Under the pieces are notes generated by a model. The model searched no databases and was not told where the DNA came from. It saw only the letters and a list, made by a program, of their open reading frames with translations. The position numbers were made by a program, and so were the translations under genes. DNA of 64,000 bases from Vitrella brassicaformis CCMP3155 (lineage: Eukaryota; Protista; Chromerida), in NCBI GenBank assembly GCA_001179505.1, contig CDMY01000297.1, positions 62,001 to 126,000 of the forward strand, written 5' to 3'. Position 1 is the first letter of the stretch. Every line of letters begins with the position of its first letter. Below, one piece after another: positions 22,943 through 35,200 of this stretch.

Positions 22943-24780
22943 CACACCCCAGCCAAAGACTAATCCCCTCCGCCCCCCAAGCCCACTTTGCTTTTGTTGG
23001 GCTCACAGATGACACAGACAAGGCAAGAGAAGAGGAGAGAAGAAGCGACGCTGATTGATTGATTGATTGACCGACTGGCTGCCTGATGACGACACTCACT
23101 TGGCGTGCCCTTTTTCTGTGTGCCACCATTTGTGTATGGCCCTCTCTCTCTCTCTTTTCTACCTGGCTGACTGCTGCTGGCTACTGCCATTCTGGCCCGC
23201 TCGCATGTACATATGTCTATGTTGTACCTATGTACGTATGTATGTACCACGATCGTACGGCCGGCCGACTGACTGGATGTGTGGATTGATGGATGGATTC
23301 ATGGATGCCCTGTGAAGAGAATGCCTCTGCCTGGCTGTCTGTCTGCATGTGTGGGTGCAACGAATGGACGGTGGGATGGATGGTGGCTGTGTGTGGTGTG
23401 GTGGGGTGGGGTGGGGTGGGGTGTGAATTCGAGCTGAGATGCAGCCAGCTTGCTGGCGTGTGCGCGTGGCTGATGCAGATGCGTGAACAAGAGACGGCCC
23501 GATGAAGCACTTACTGTTGTTCATGGTGTCTTGCCGGGCGCACTCTGCCACGAACCTGACAGCCAGGAGCCAGTGAGCAAATGAGTGAGGGATGGAGCCA
23601 GACACCAGCAACACACTCGCACACTCTCGTGCGCACAACTGACCGGCAGACAGAGGGGACACCAGGCGGGCAGGCAGCCTTTTTCCGTCCGTATGTAAAG
23701 GCAGGCGATCGCATCTTGTGTGTGTGTGTGTGTGTGTGTGTGGATAATCTGCTGTCGTGTGGTGTGGTGTATAGCGACCTGGACTGACTGACATGGGTGT
23801 GCATAACTGGTGACCGGCTGGCCGCCCGGGTGGCCAAGTGGCTGGCTGGTTCGCCAGGCAACGAAACGTTGCGGATTGTGCAGACCAGAGAAACTCTTGT
23901 ACAGTCGGTCACGCTGGCAAGGGAAGGCAGGCCCTCCAGGTCTGAAACCACCCAAAGCGCCTACTTGCTTTACATGTTTATACACCTGCATGTGCTGTGT
24001 GTGGTACTGATGGATGGATGGTGTGTTGTCAACTTGTGTGATGGGAAGGGGCTATGCGGACGTCGGGATATTTGTGTGAATGTGAATTGCATGTGTTGCC
24101 TGTGGGAGGGGAGGGAGAGCCATCGATTGACGGCCATTCCCGAACACATTTGTATACTTGCATGCATCGCACGCATCGTTGCTGAGTGAAGCGTCAAGAA
24201 GCGCGAAATGGCGTCACACGCGTCCGTGCACACATGCATCCATCAGGTCCGTGCGCGCGCAAAGAAAAAGATCCACGGCATATTTGTTGCCGTCGACACC
24301 GCACGGATCTCACATACACGCATACACGGACAGAAAACTAATCATCATCGTGTATGGTCCCTCCGGGGCCGCGAGCAGACCATGTACCAACACAGCCATA
24401 CACATGGACACACACATACACATACACATACATACACACACATACTCGACACCCTCACCCCCGCCACATCGCGCAAAACGCACCTCGCGCATATACACAC
24501 ATTCACGTACACGCTTCAAAGCACCCAAGCAATAGTCGAAAAAATTGCCCGTCCCTCTCTCGAGTGTGAGTGTCCCCTCCCCCTCCCTCCTGAAAAAGGC
24601 CGCCTCACACGATATGGCCGGGAGAGAGGGGGAGCGACACACCACACGTACCCACTACACACCCACTTCTGGCCAAGCCGTCTTGACGGACACGCACACC
24701 AACACGTGCGCACGGCGACCGATCGACCCCACACTATCAGACGAAAATTGCCCTACACACATGGCCGTCCGTCTACTTTG

Positions 24781-27057
24781 TCATCCGCCGCTGATGTGTC
24801 CGTTGGCATGTTCGTCTTCGTCTTCGGTGTCGTCGGTGACTGAGTCCATGCCGTTTTCCGACTGGTTGTCCCGCAGCTCCTCGAGGATGGCCTCCATGCG
24901 GGGCAGCTGCTTGGCCTGCTCCGTCCACATCCACGTCAGCAACTTGGCTGGCGCGAAGCGGGGAGGCTTCATGTCAGCCTGTACGCATAAAGAGGCAGGA
25001 AGGGACGTGTGTGGGAGGGTCAGGCAGGCAGGTTATGGGTCACTCACCTGTGCGATCATGGTGACGTCGACGGTGCCGTGAGGCGTCTTGTGCAAAACAA
25101 GGCCCATCATCTGCAGACCAAGCGGACACCCATACAATACAGGTACACATAAGCGATGACATACACGGCACATCTCCCTGCCTGTGCTCAGTCTGTCGCA
25201 TCGTACCAGTATATCTGCCTTGACGGCGCTTTTCTCCTTGGTGTAGAGCTTGTCCTCACTGACGTAGTCACCCAGATCGGTCAGCGCAACCACCTCATAA
25301 TCGCAGCTCAACTGACAGGAACCAAACACCACACAATCTTCCCCCACCCGTCCCCAATTTCCCTTTTGACTCATTTACTCACTCACCGTCTTGACGTATG
25401 TGGTGTGGCACAGGATGCGCCTCGTGTCGCCGGGCGCTGGCGACCGAAAAACCTGGTACGTCAGCAAAAAATGCGGAGCCACCTCGGCAACGTGCTGGGC
25501 TGACCGGACGAAGAAAGAGGAAAGAAAGGACACGTCATGTGTGCGCGCAAATGTGCCTGTCTATGGATCACTGATACCTCCCTCGAACAGCCACGTGTCG
25601 ATGCGTGACTTGAAGACACAGTCGTAATCGACGAACACGTCGCGGACTTCCTCAATGGTGAGGCCGGGGATGCTGAACGAATAGCGGCCACGAACAATTG
25701 GCACGCTGTTGCGCGTCTCGCGCAGCTCCTCCAACTGACGGATGAGCAAGACCCAAAGGAATGCATGCTTTGCGTGTTGCGTCTATGGCCACGTACCTCG
25801 ACTCCTCCCTTGGTGCCCAGTGACTTCCACATGGGCGACTCGTCGTTGGCGCACTGAGCTATCCGCTCAGCCATGCCCTCACACTGAATGCACGACAGGA
25901 GTGACGGACGGCAGGTGGTGTTTCGCCCTTCCCTTTCTGTGCCTACCGCTCCTCTGAGCTGCTCGACATCGATCCGAACACCGAACGCGGCCTCGCCCGG
26001 ACGACGCAAATCACGGCCCTTCACCTGTTCACACGGAACAACATAACCAGGTGCACACACACGCCACGGCGCTAACTCAATTGTGTATACCGGCCAGCAT
26101 GGAGGGAAGACGATTTCTCTCGGCGCCCTTGCCCGCGACGAGAGCGGGGAGTCAGTGTGTGTGTCGACGGACGATATGCTCGACTGCCGTGTGGATATGC
26201 GGGAGTAGATGGCCGACGAGTCCCGCGAGTCGGCCCTCAGCCTGGCTCGCGAATCCTGCTCCCACGCACCCTCGTGAAAGATGATGGAGCTGGGCAGGTG
26301 GGACAGGAAGCTGTGGAGAGAGCTGCTTGTCTGAATGAACAAGGGGAAGGAAAGACACACAAACAGCAAGATGGCGTGCGGTGCTGTGCTTGTGGTTGTG
26401 TGCTGTGATGCTGCTCTACCGACCTCTCCCCGCGTGAGTGATGGCGCTCGTCTTCTCCTGCTGCCGACACTCCTCTCGTCGTCCGGCCCCTGGGGCGATA
26501 TGAGGGAGCCGCTCCCGGCAGTCTCCTTGGCTATCGACTCCTCCACACCCGATATCGTCAACCGACGGCGACCAAACCTGCACAGTGACGCACACACGTC
26601 ATCAAATCGCCTCACACGCACAGAAGCGTTCATACCTTGACACAGTCCCAGTGCGGTATGGCGTTCTTCTGGAGCTGGACCGGCTAGGCGCCTGTGAAGG
26701 CTGCGACTGGACGGGTGAGCTGGGTGGCTCGAGCTCACTCGTCGACATGACTTCGCTGACAGACATCACCCCATTGTCGACCATATCAGCCGTGTGAGTC
26801 GCATCGCTCTTCGTCTTAGCGGCACCACGGCGGAAGCTGAACCGCCCCCGACCATCCGGAGGCCTCACGAAGGGGAACATCGGCATCAACCGGTCCCTCT
26901 CGTCCCGAGCAGTGCCGGTGAAGTCGTCATCGCGATTGTCTGCGAACTCGTCATAGCCTCGGTGAGTGCGATGACGTCGGCGGAATCGGCGATGGCGGAG
27001 GCGGAGGATAGAGCTCCAGACAGTGACGCATGAGCAGGAATCGCTTGTGCCCGACAT
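24781..27057 (-). CDS. START/SRPBCC-like lipid-binding domain protein with low-complexity Arg/Ser-rich N-terminus
   Basis: C-terminal exons (PMWKSLGTKGGVE...IVRGRYSFSIPGLTIEEVRDVFVD...LTYQVFRSPAPGDTRRILC...GLVLHKTPHGTVDVTMIAQ|ADMKPPRFAPAKLL) follow the START helix-grip pattern. Domain assignment is by eye. Confidence 0.6.
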
Positions 27058-27492
27058 CTTTCGAAACGGAGATCGTATCACCACACAGTTGAGGATATAT
27101 TCGACTTCTCAGGCTCCTCGTGAGAGTAGAACACGGCGCTGGAAAAAAAGTGCGCGCTTCTCGTCTTCGAGAGTTTCACGGTTTCATGTACCGACAGTTT
27201 AACCTCCTTCCTCCGTCATTCAACACTGGTCCCTCTTTTCGTTTGCTGATCCCCTTCACCTTTCTGGTAGCTTGGCACTTCCTCGCCACCCTCGCCATTG
27301 TCGTGAATCCTCGCCGCTCGCGCTTGCCCTGGACCCAGTTGCTTGGACGGAGGACCACGCGCGGGCCGACATGCCTCAGATCTTCCTCTCGTCCGGCAAA
27401 CAATGTGAATACGTACACGTTTGTACTCCGTGCATGTGGCTGACGACGTTACGCACGTACACAAGCGAAGCAGAGGCACACGGAATAAGCAA

Positions 27493-27524
27493 TCAATTGC
27501 CTTGAGTCAATTGCCTTGAGTTGC
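27493..27524. repeat. Left target-site duplication with an extra 14-bp tandem copy
   Basis: tcaattgccttgag occurs twice (27493-27506, 27507-27520), followed by ttgc. The right-hand TSD copy is at 28023-28037. Confidence 0.9.
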
Positions 27525-28022
27525 AGGCGGCTGCGTCGTTTGACATCTGTATTACGGATCCTGACGCAACGTCTTACGCTTCCAAGAACCGATCGACCAA
27601 GTCCATCCTGAAGCAGCACGAGACCGCCAAGAAGAAGAAATACCGCTCGGCCGTCTGCGACTCCCGCGTGACCTTCTGCCCTCTGGTGGTGACGTGTGAC
27701 GGTGTGTGGGGACACGATGCCAACGTGTTCATCGCCCACATGGCTCATGCGCTGTTGGAGAAGGAGGGGTGGAAGGGTCGGGGGTTCAGTCATGTGTCTG
27801 GATGGATTCGCTCTCGCTTGTCTATCGCCCTCGCGCGTGCGACTAGCTTCTGTCTGCGTGGGGGAGGGAGGGGAGGGTTTGCGGGACTGGGGTGTGCTGA
27901 TGGGGCGGGGATTGATCCCTCCTCCCCTTGAGCCTGTTTGAGTCTGCGTGCTGATGGGACTGTATTTGTATGAGTATCACGGACACACAGACGAGTGTTA
28001 CGGTTAATGACAGTTTCCCTTC
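27525..28022 (+). mobile_element. 5'-truncated non-LTR retrotransposon fragment (CRE-like, restriction-like endonuclease C-terminus)
   Basis: Intronless ORF remnant FDICITDPDATSY...E.AKKKKY...FCPLVVTCDG..G..A..F..LA/MA..L..K......V..WIRSRLSIALARATSFCLRG, typical of RLE-encoding CRE-type elements. Flanked by the identical 15-mer attgccttgagttgc at 27510-27524 and 28023-28037. Confidence 0.85.
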
Positions 28023-28051
28023 ATTGCCTTGAGTTGCCGTTGACACAGCTG

Positions 28052-30346
28052 ATGACGATGGCCGGCATCATGCTTTCGAGTGTGTTTGTGTGCGTCTGGG
28101 TTGTGAGTGTCGGGTCGGTGTCGCTCACTGGTCGGCTTCGAGATGTGCCTTCGAAGCTGCAGGAGGTCGCCACACTCAACGCTCAGCTCAAGTCACTCGC
28201 ATCGGTAACACAATGAAAAGCATCCACTCAGTCACCCAGTGTGCGTGTTTTCTGTGTGTGTCTGTGGTGTGTGCAGTCGGGTCAGTCGTCGTACCGTTCG
28301 TTGCTGAGCGATTTGCAGAGTATGACGGCTGACTTCAACACGAAGATGGCCGAAACGGCGCCAACTCAGACGCCGCAGAGAGCAAAGCTACAAGGAGGAC
28401 TACACCGATGAACTCACCCGGTGAGTCACTGACCCTGAGCTGCACACATGGCAATGGACATACAGATCAATGTTTCTGTCTGTCTCTCTGTCTGTCTGCT
28501 TTATTGTTCAGCAATTGGGAGGTGATTGATCCGCCGAGCGGCCCGTCGGGCAGGTGGCACTTCGCCAAGCATTCGGCCGGCCACCCAATCGTCATTGCAC
28601 AGGTACACTCATTCACGCACACGTTATGGCCATGAGACACACAGCAATCCCTCTCCCGCTCTGTGTGTGTCTTAGGATGAGGCTGGTCTGTCCGTGTCCT
28701 CGTCTGTGTTGCCTGGTGCACTGCTCATGCACCACGGCACACTCGTCTCGGAGGGCTTCGCAGCGGCGTCACTCTACATGGACAAGGAGACGCCATCCGC
28801 AGGAGTCGTCTTTCAGTTCAGAGACGAGGACAACTTCTGCTTTGCCGCCGTCGCTCGGGCCGGCATGGGCAATGCTCACCCCGGGAAGGGCAAACTCACC
28901 ATCGGCAGAGTCATCGACGGCCAATCACACACACTCAACGGTACGCCAGTCATCACACACACACACACACACACACATTGACGAGGGTGTGGTGTGACGT
29001 GAGCAGAGGTGGAGTTTGGTCCGTCTGTCGGCGAGTTGGCCGGCTTTGTCAATCTGGGCGTGCAGTTCTCGCCCGAGAAAATTGCTGTCTTTGTCAACGC
29101 CAATCCAGTCGCCCAGGCCAAGCTCTCACCAACCATTAGTAACACACACCTCTCTCTCTCCGTCTGCACTGTCGGTGTCTATGTGCAGATTATCGGGGCG
29201 TCATGGGTGTGTTCGCCTCCGGTCGCGCCTTGTTCGACTCGTTTGCGTGCGGCTTCCGAGGCGATGAAAGTTTGGTCGGCGGTGCATTTCCCCACACACA
29301 GCCAATGCCGCAGCTCACCGCAGCCAAACAGAGGGAGGGAAAACCCAGAACACAGCAAGGTGAGTCTCCTCACCAGACCGCACAAGACACCCATATGTAT
29401 GCCGTTCGATTCAGTGTCGACGCCCGGCACTCCCTCACCCTCACTGCCCGCAGCGGCCGTGCCTCGTCAGTGTCTGTACACCATGCCCGACACGCCCACG
29501 ATCGAGTGAGTGGGCAAGCAAAGGAAGCAACACGCAGCAGGCAGTATTGTTGTGTCTGTCGTGTGTGCAGGGATTGGGAGGACGGCCAGTCGGGGTGGGT
29601 GGTGCTGCGCGAAAGAGGAGAAGTCACCGCCTCGGCAGCGTCGGTGAGCATTTCACTAACACACACACACACTCACGCACTCCCTCTGTGTCTGTGTCAT
29701 CAGAGTGCACGTAGCGCGTTGCTGCTGAAGGACATTGTGTGTGGCCCGATGACGATGGGCGTCTCCCTCGAGCTGAGAGGCGACGACTGTGCGGGCGGAC
29801 TGACCTTCAGATCTCATGGGCCAGACGCTCGATACATCGTCACACTCGACGCGCCCACGTCAGTCCGACACGGCACATGAGACACAAACACACAGCGACA
29901 TGGCAAGTGTGTATGTTTTGTGTGCAGAGGTCGTCTGTTGCTCAAGCAGCAAAATGGCGCCGCCCCAGTCGTCATCGCATCCCAGGCCGTCCCACTCAGC
30001 GCAGGGTGAGAGTGCCCAGCGCCAGCGTCATGTGTGTGATATGATGTGTGTGTCCATGTGATAGTTTGGTGTATGACGTGCAAGTGACTGACAAGTCCAT
30101 CACGCCGACCAACTCACGCGTGTCGATCAGCATCGACGGCCACACAAAACTGCACAAGGAGACCCCCAAAGACAACACACCAGGCAACCAGACACACTGA
30201 CACACGGACGTGTGGACAGACAGCTAAGGTGTGAGTGTGTGTGCATGTTGCGTGCAGGTGGTGTGGGATTGTTCATCGAGCGGGGTGACGTCGAGTTCAA
30301 AAAATTTCATGTCGGCCCGCCCAGCGACACAGAACAGTTCGACTGA
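28052..30346 (+). CDS. Secreted protein with two concanavalin/lectin-like beta-sandwich regions; apparent +1 frameshift near 28385 (possible pseudogene or assembly error)
   Basis: Signal-like MTMAGIMLSSVFVCVWVVSVGSVS. Downstream exons YKEDYTDELTR|NWEVIDPP..., AGVVFQFRDEDNF..., GGLTFRSHGPDARYIV..., GVGLFIERGDVEFKKFHV. The exon-2 entry frame stops at 28409-28411. Confidence 0.55.
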
Positions 30347-30509
30347 CCAACGCGTTACACAGACAAACACAGACAGACAGACAGACAGACACATGGATCT
30401 CTACATGCTGACAAATGGATGACCAAAGTCACCAATAGCTTGTGATCAGTGTGTCTCGCCTTGTGTTGAGACTTGCATGTATTAATGAAGACCGTCCATC
30501 GTCCACGCA

Positions 30510-31483
30510 TCACTCACTCCTCTTCAGCTCGAATATCTCAATCTCATTCTCATCCAGCACAAGCGACTTCAGAAACTCACAGTCACGCACCGTGCCGGCC
30601 TCCGACAAGCCATGCAAGTTCGCATCAAAGAAAGTGCGTATGGTGGCCTCTGTCGCCACTCGCTTCACCAACACATCAGAGGGGAGGGAGGCGAAGAACT
30701 CTCTCTCCTTCTCGCTGTCTCGCCACATGTGGGCGAGGAGACACACAGTCTGGGGCGATAATAGCTCCAGCAATGTCTCTTTGAGGGGGCCGTGAGCATC
30801 AGAAAAGGCGAGCACGTCACAGCACAACAAAACGTCGATGCTCTTGGCACCGGACTGCCGAAGAACATTTCCCGAGTCGGCCGTCCCCCAGTGGAGGCGC
30901 TCCTCTTGCGGCATGACGGCGGGCAGCCGGCTGTCTTCGGCTGCTGGGCGCTTGACAAAGAGAGAGCGGTTGCGCTCGACATTGGAGGACAAGAAAGGAA
31001 GCACAGACTCTGAAGGGCACATACAGCACCACTCACAATAGCCCCCACGAGATGAACGACTTACCCTGGTCGGTGAGGACTACTCTGGCTCCGAGACGGG
31101 CGGCAGTCAGGCCACACAGGCCACAGCCGGCCCTACAAGCAGACACATGAGGCTGACATCCGGCAATGCATGCACACCTATCCGGCGACTCCCATCCACC
31201 CGAGTTCCACGATTGTTGCCGGGGTCGTGAAGCTCATCCTTCCCTCGTGTGCGCACTGCTCGAGGTATCTGAGGATGTTCCGCCCATTGATCGACGCATG
31301 GCCGTCTGTTTGTGCTTGATCATCTTGATGCGAACCATGCGCATGGCCAGACTTGCTGTCCGACGAGGCCCCATTTGTAGGCGCATCACGATCATTGATG
31401 GTCGTTGAGGGAGGAGGAAGCACCTCGTAAGTGAAATCCCGAATCATTGTATTTTGGGCCTCCGTGCGCACTTCTTTTGCCAT
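30510..31483 (-). CDS. Family-16 (METTL21/METTL23-like) SAM-dependent protein methyltransferase
   Basis: Spliced IVELG|AGCGLCGLTAARLGARVVLTDQ (motif I), LHWG, and IDVLLCCDVL...L.ETLLELL...LLAH..R....EFF. Confidence 0.8.
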
Positions 31484-31595
31484 GTCTTCTTATCCCACTG
31501 CCCCTCCATCCGCCGGAATGAGACGCCCCCCGTCTAAGCTCGCGATCCTCCGCGATCCCCTCTTCCCTCCCCCCCTCCCCCTTCTCCCCTTCGCG

Positions 31596-32201
31596 ATGAA
31601 GCACAATTCCATAAGCATTCACGACCTGGACTGGGACGAAGACGAGGACTGTATCGGTAACGAAAGGCTCGACCACGATGAATGGCTCGGTAGATGAGTC
31701 CGTGTTGGACTGCCAGGGGGAGGATCATTCGCCCAGGTTTTCAAGGCCAAATGGGAAGATCGGATAGTCGCCGTCAAGAAGGCGAAACGGGAGTTGATAG
31801 CGCAGCTCGGAAAAGATGTACTGTCCGCATCGCACATGCCATTGGCATCGTTGGCATCCCAATCACTGCACGTGTGGATCTTTTGTCGTGCAGGGTCTAA
31901 CCGACAAAGTGATGATGGAGGCGGACATGCTGGCCCGCTTACAGCATCCACACGTCGCAAAGCTGCTGGGAGTGTGTTTCGACAAGAAGATCCCCTTCAT
32001 CGTGCTGGGTGAGTTAAGCAAGCCCGAGCACAGTTTGATGCTGTGGTGCGGTTTCAATGCAGAGTTTTATGTCGATTCACTTCGCGACTGCCTCAGAAAG
32101 CTACGCCAACGAGCAGGAGGACTCCCCGAGCACTTGCAGGATAAATACGCTAAGCAGGTGAGGCGAGGCTGCACACCCATGGCTCGGCCACTTTGCTGTT
32201 T

Positions 32202-32232
<31 letters not shown>

Positions 32233-35200
32233 CGTCAGATCTGTGAGGGTTTGATTCATGCTCACAGTCTCGGCATCGGCCATCGCGACCTCAAGCCCGA
32301 AAACATACTTGTGAGCGACAAAGAAGGCCCCGCATAAACTTGTATGTGTATCCATGTCTTATTCCTGTCTGCAGCTCGATGATGATGGCAACGTGAAGCT
32401 GTCCGACTTCGGCCTTGCTTGGGAGATGCCAGACGAAGCCACGCACAAAAGCGTTCTGGAGTTTGGTAAGAGGACGTTTCAATGCCCGTCCTTCAATCAG
32501 ATCGCAGCATGTTTGCATGAGTGAATGCAGCGGGCACTCCCATCTATGCACCTCCCGAGGCCTATGCAAAGAGTCAGCACAGCACAGCACAGGACGGACA
32601 GGCGTCTTCGTTTGTGTCTCCTCGTTTTTGCAGGGCCCAAGTTGGAGCTCAAGTCAGATATCTGGCCTGTCGGGTGCATCCTGGCAGAGATATTCGGCGG
32701 TGAGCAAGACACGCCTTCAGTCTAGCATCGAATCCATCAAGGCTGTGTCTGGCCTTTAGGTTCTGCGCCTTTTCTCAACCTCAACAAGTGGGAATTTAGA
32801 GAAATGATATACGAGAACAAAGAAGTACGCACCACCATGGATAGATCGGCGAATGTATAGGCAGGCACGTGTCTCTGTGTCGGACAGATACCTCCCGTCC
32901 CCGAGAGTGCCCCCGTCAATGTCAAACAGGCCATCCAAGTAAGACAGAGCTTTATGGTGTGAGTGCAATTCGTATGCTCGCATGGCCCGCTCCTCAGAGT
33001 TGCTTCGCCTTCAGTCCACGAGATCGCCCGACTGCAAAAGAGGTGACGTACCCTGCGTGTGTCTTTGCCTTTGTGAATATGACGCGATACACATGATACA
33101 ATCAGCTTTTGGACAAACTCAACAAGCGAGGTCGCGCAGGTGACGCCTGAAACCGACACTAAGAGAGGGACATGATCAATTCGTGTCTGGTGTGTATGTG
33201 TACCATGGCAGTGACACCCGACCCGCGATCAAGCCACGCACTCGGTGGGTGGCGCCTCCAACAAAGGGGACGATCGACGGCTTGCACGCAGCCACCTATG
33301 AGTATCTGTTCATGCAGTCACACCCTCGCCAGACCCCGTGCCCGTCTCGCCCTCAGCACCCGACACCCCACCAGCTCCACCAGAGCCAGAGATCGAACAT
33401 GTACACACATAAACAGAGGCCGTCGGATATAGGCCTCCTTACTGATATCAGGGTGACATCTTCGAGGCCGTCCAGGCCGGCGATTTGCAGTCGGTCAGGG
33501 CAATACTGAATCGAGATGGCAAGGACGTTCTGGCTTTGACAGACTACAAATCTGGCTTCGGCTTCTTCGGCGAGGTATGCGATCGTGGAGACGACAGAAA
33601 TGCACTCAGTGGTCCGTGTCTTCTCATATCTGCGCAGAGGACACCTTTCCTTGCGGCGGCTGAGAACGGTCATTTGGATGTCATGTCGCTGATGTATGAG
33701 AAGAAGCGAGACATTGTGAGTCAAAGAGTCGAGCCACACGGTGTGACTGCTCTGCTCCTGGCTGCCAAAGATGGCCGTATTGCGGTGACGGAAAAGCTGC
33801 TGGAGTGGGATCCGAAGCTGATCGACACCCCAGCAGAGGTGAGAGATGCATAATGATGCGTAAGAAAGGTGAGAGGGCACGTATCACTGCGTTGATTCCA
33901 TCGTTGGTTAAAGGGTGACCAGACAGTTCCGAGTCCATTCATCGTGGCTGCCGCGTTTGGTCACGTGGGCGTTATGACAGTTCTGTATGAGAGCAAACGT
34001 GACATACTGCAGCAAACAGACAAGGTACTTCCACAACCAAACCACCTCTGTGCTGCTAGTGGTGATGATGAGGAGATGTGTGTCGGCTTTGGTGACTGTG
34101 ATGGAATGCAATAGGATGGTTGGAATGCCTTGCACGTGGCTGTCAAGATGGGCCATGTTGCGGCGGTCAATCAGCTGCTGGAGTGGGATCCCAAGCTGAT
34201 CGATGAGCAGGACAAGGTCAGAGCACACATGTCTTCGATGCTCTATTGTGTCGATTTTCTGTGTCGATTGCAGGAAGGTAACACGCCGCTTATCCTCGCG
34301 TCCCAGGGATGTCGTGTTGACGAGCTGATCGCCATGGTTTCCAAGACAGGAAGGGACATTATCAAACAGAAGGACAATGTGAGAGGCAAAAGCTGGAGAC
34401 AAACAGACTGCCTCTCATCTGTTTGATTACCTTTCCGTGTGTCTTGCATGACACACACAAGGATGGGGACACAGCGCTTCACCATGCAGCACGCAAAGGG
34501 GATATCGCAGCTGTGGCTCAACTGTGAGGGCGGACAGACACCGATGAATGAGGTGAACATTACCTCATCTCTCTCTCGGTCTGCACTTAGGTTGGAGTGG
34601 CGCCCTGAGCTCCTTGCTGTGCGCAACACAGTAATGGAGCAAATGTGTCTGTGGCGCCTCTTTGTATGGCCTGCTGGTGGTGAGTGCATGCAGTGGGATA
34701 GAAGTGCCCTGCACGTGGCTGCCAGGAATGGCAATGCTGAAGTCGTAAATGAGTTGCTGAAGTGGGATTCCACTGTCAATCATTCCAGATTGCTCGATGC
34801 GCACGACAAGGTGACAGAACACACATTTCTTTGATGCTCTATTGTGTCAACTGTGTCTGTATCGATTGATAGTTCGGAAGGACGCCGTTCATCTGGGCTG
34901 CATTCAACGGTCATGTTGCTGCGATGAACTCCCTGTATGCCAAAGGGAAGATAGACATTCTCACGCAGCAGAGTAAGGTGACTGGAAGTCACGCAAAACG
35001 TCTCTCCTCACGCCTCTCATCTGTTTCATTGCCTTTTCTTTCTTTCTTTCCTTCTTTCTTCCTTTGGTCAGGCCACTGGCATGACGGTGAGAAATCTCAG
35101 AGAGAGAGAGATGTGTCCGACTTGTCCGATGTGGATGAGGCACACAGGCTGGATACACGGCACTACACTGGGCTTCATTTGAGGGCCATGTTGGAGCTGT

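Noticed and set aside
23000-24750. Minus-strand exon-like fragments (for example GNFFDYCLGALKRVRECVYMRE; DLEGLPSLASVTDC)
   Set aside because: Could be a small gene, but I could not link start, splice phases and stop, so it is not supportable without transcripts.
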